Notes under the pieces: generated by a model
Told to the model about the DNA's origin: nothing
The model's input: the letters and a program-made list of their open reading frames with translations, nothing else
Databases searched by the model: none
Part shown: positions 62,135 to 64,000 of the stretch, in pieces
How positions within the stretch are numbered: position 1 is the stretch's first letter
Layout of the letters: the number at the start of each line of letters is the position of its first letter
Made by a program: the position numbers and the translations under genes
Origin: an uncultured delta proteobacterium
GTDB taxonomy: Bacteria > Myxococcota_A > Polyangia > Polyangiales > Houyiibacteriaceae
Length of the DNA stretch: 64,000 nt
Reading direction: 5' to 3'
NCBI GenBank assembly: GCA_963842915.1
Contig: CAWJII010000012.1
Span: 53,320-117,319, forward strand

Positions 62135-63403
62135 TCATGCCCGGTCTCGGGGGATCCGAGTGCCGATGACCCGCGTCACGTTGAGCCAGGCCAACATGCG
62201 GGCCGAAAGGAGCGGCTTGCCCGTGTTCATGAACCCGACGCTGATATCACGATCGGGATCGGCCCATCCGAGGACATTCGTGAAGCCGAGATGACCGTAG
62301 GCATTGGCGGTTCGCGGTCCGTAGAACCCAAAGCTTCGCAAGCCGAGCATGAACCCCATCGAAAGTGGGATCGGCATCATCAAGACGCGATCAACTTGCC
62401 CCGTTACCTGGGGCTCGACGGCACGGGCAACCGTGCGCTGCTCGAAAACGCCGCTGTCTTGATAGGTGCCCCCACAAAGCAGCGTCTCGAAGAAGCGCGA
62501 AATCTCTTCGGCAGTCGCAATGATGTTGGCCGCTGGTGCGACCCCGGTGCGGAACCGCGGATCGTTGCTCAGGTCGACGAGCTCGCGCATCGAGGCGCCA
62601 AAGGCGACCTGGACGAGATTCTTGTAGGGCCAAGTCGGAGCGGGACCCGTGAAGGCATCGACCGCAACCTGATCGAGAAGCTCTGGGGCGACACCATAGT
62701 TGAAGTGATTCATCTTCAAGGGCTCGCGGACCTTCGCAGTCAAGAAGTCGCGAATGTCCCGGCCCGTCACGCGCCGAATGATCTCGCCCAAGATGAATCC
62801 ACTAGTGACCGCCTGGTACGCTTGCACGCTGCCCGGCCGATGCGTGGGCTCCAGCTCGCAGAAGGCCCGTACAATCGCTTGAGGCTGTGAGAGCAGGTCG
62901 AGGTTGATCGCTTCTTCGGGCGTTGCAGGAATCCCTGCACGGTGTGTGAGGACGTCGCGAATCGTGATGCTGTGCTTCCGCCGCTTCGCGAACTCCGGGA
63001 TGAATGTCGCCACCGGCTCGTCGACATGTAGCTGATCTTCTTCCTGCAAGAGGTGAATCAGCATGGCTGTAACCGCCTTCGAGCCCGAAAAGAAGTTGAA
63101 GAGCGTGGCCGGCGTTGCCTTTACCAGGGGCGTGCCTTCCGGATCCTCCGGGCTGTTTCCGCGAGCGTGGCCGATCGCGCGGTCGAGAATGATCTCACCC
63201 CTTCGCCGGATGCAAAGCGCGATCGCCGGGTGCAGCCCCGACTTGTAGAAGGTCACGACCGAATTCCAAATCGCCTCGACGTCCTGAGTGCTCAGACCCA
63301 CAGCCCGCGGGTCGATTTCCCGGTGACTCTTGGTAGTCACTTCCTCCGGATCGTAGGTCTTCACGCTGACGGGCAGCAGGTCTCGAAGCCGCGGCCGCTG
63401 CAT
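62135..63403 (-). CDS. Serine hydrolase, beta-lactamase fold (LipE-like esterase)
   Basis: FSGSK (SxxK), LTHRAG, AYQ, YGHLGF, WADPDRD. Confidence 0.88.
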   Translation of the reverse strand: MQRPRLRDLLPVSVKTYDPEEVTTKSHREIDPRAVGLSTQDVEAIWNSVVTFYKSGLHPAIALCIRRRGEIILDRAIGHARGNSPEDPEGTPLVKATPATLFNFFSGSKAVTAMLIHLLQEEDQLHVDEPVATFIPEFAKRRKHSITIRDVLTHRAGIPATPEEAINLDLLSQPQAIVRAFCELEPTHRPGSVQAYQAVTSGFILGEIIRRVTGRDIRDFLTAKVREPLKMNHFNYGVAPELLDQVAVDAFTGPAPTWPYKNLVQVAFGASMRELVDLSNDPRFRTGVAPAANIIATAEEISRFFETLLCGGTYQDSGVFEQRTVARAVEPQVTGQVDRVLMMPIPLSMGFMLGLRSFGFYGPRTANAYGHLGFTNVLGWADPDRDISVGFMNTGKPLLSARMLAWLNVTRVIGTRIPRDRA

Positions 63404-64000
63404 CAGCTGCCTCGCTGATATCCGAGGTTTGGCTGCAGCCAGCGCTCAGCTTCGGCAATGGTCATGTTCTTTCGGCGAGCGTAGTCTTCGACTTGCTCTC
63501 GATCGATGGGGCCTACGGCGAAGTAGCGGGACTTGGGATGACCGAGATAGATGCCGCTGACGCTGGCGGCTGGGTACATCGCGAAGTGCTCCGTCAACGA
63601 GATTCCGATTTCGTCGGGGCGCAGCAGCTCCCAGAGCGTCTTCTTCTCCGTGTGGTCCGGGCAAGCCGGGTAGCCGAATGCGGGCCTAATGCCGCTGTAT
63701 TTCTCGCCGATCAGCTCCTCGTTACTGAAGCTCTCCTCGGGTTCATAGCCCCATTCGCGGCGAGCGCGTTGGTGCATGAGCTCTGCAAACGCCTCGGCCA
63801 ATCGGTCTGCGAGCGCCTTGACCATGATCGCGTTGTAATCGTCGTGATCCTGCTCGAAGCTGTGAGCGAACTCTTCGGCGCCGATCCCCGTCGTGACGGC
63901 AAAGGCCCCAATGTGATCTGCGATGCCAGATCCGACCGGCGCCACGAAATCCGCGAGCGAGAAGTACGGCTGTTCGTTCGGCTTGACCGCCTGCTGTCGC
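63403..64000 (-). CDS. metH: Cobalamin-dependent methionine synthase, C-terminal activation domain (5' part outside window)
   Basis: RQQ...[56 protein letters not shown]. Confidence 0.95.
   Translation of the reverse strand, partial: RQQAVKPNEQPYFSLADFVAPVGSGIADHIGAFAVTTGIGAEEFAHSFEQDHDDYNAIMVKALADRLAEAFAELMHQRARREWGYEPEESFSNEELIGEKYSGIRPAFGYPACPDHTEKKTLWELLRPDEIGISLTEHFAMYPAASVSGIYLGHPKSRYFAVGPIDREQVEDYARRKNMTIAEAERWLQPNLGYQRGS

Overview
GC-rich, gene-dense bacterial window with three blocks. (1) About 0.65-13.3 kb: a branched-chain amino acid operon (ilvB-ilvN-ilvC-leuA-leuC-leuD-cimA-leuB, then a malic enzyme and a DJ-1/InhA-like gene). It has a complete Val/Ile/Leu leader-peptide attenuator, a second terminator-like hairpin inside a uORF, and a ~170-bp rod-like palindrome just upstream. 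(2) About 13.3-53.8 kb: a steroid-catabolism supercluster resembling the actinobacterial 9,10-seco pathway (hsaA/E/G/F, SCP2-DUF35-ltp4-ltp3-fadD19-Rieske-kstR, echA20-ipdA-ipdB-ipdC-fadE31/32-fadA6, fadD3, Rv3548c/49c-like-fadE33/30-ipdF). Five KstR-type operators (TnnAACnnGTTnnA) lie at operon starts, including the C/D-ring operons that KstR2 controls in Actinobacteria. (3) About 53.9-62.1 kb: F420 biosynthesis and use (LLM, fno, cofE/D/C, cofG/H, LLM), the first operon behind a KstR-type box. The window ends in a serine hydrolase and the 3' end of metH. Accessory genes (Ser/Thr kinase, PilZ, STAS/SEC14-like proteins, RlmKL, split CofG/CofH) suggest a non-actinobacterial host, probably Myxococcota-like; this is inference. 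Oddities include a histone-H1-like repeat tail on IpdC, a +1 frameshift fusing ltp4 to ltp3, and several apparently leaderless starts. All calls come from reading motifs by eye; no database searches or folding programs were run.
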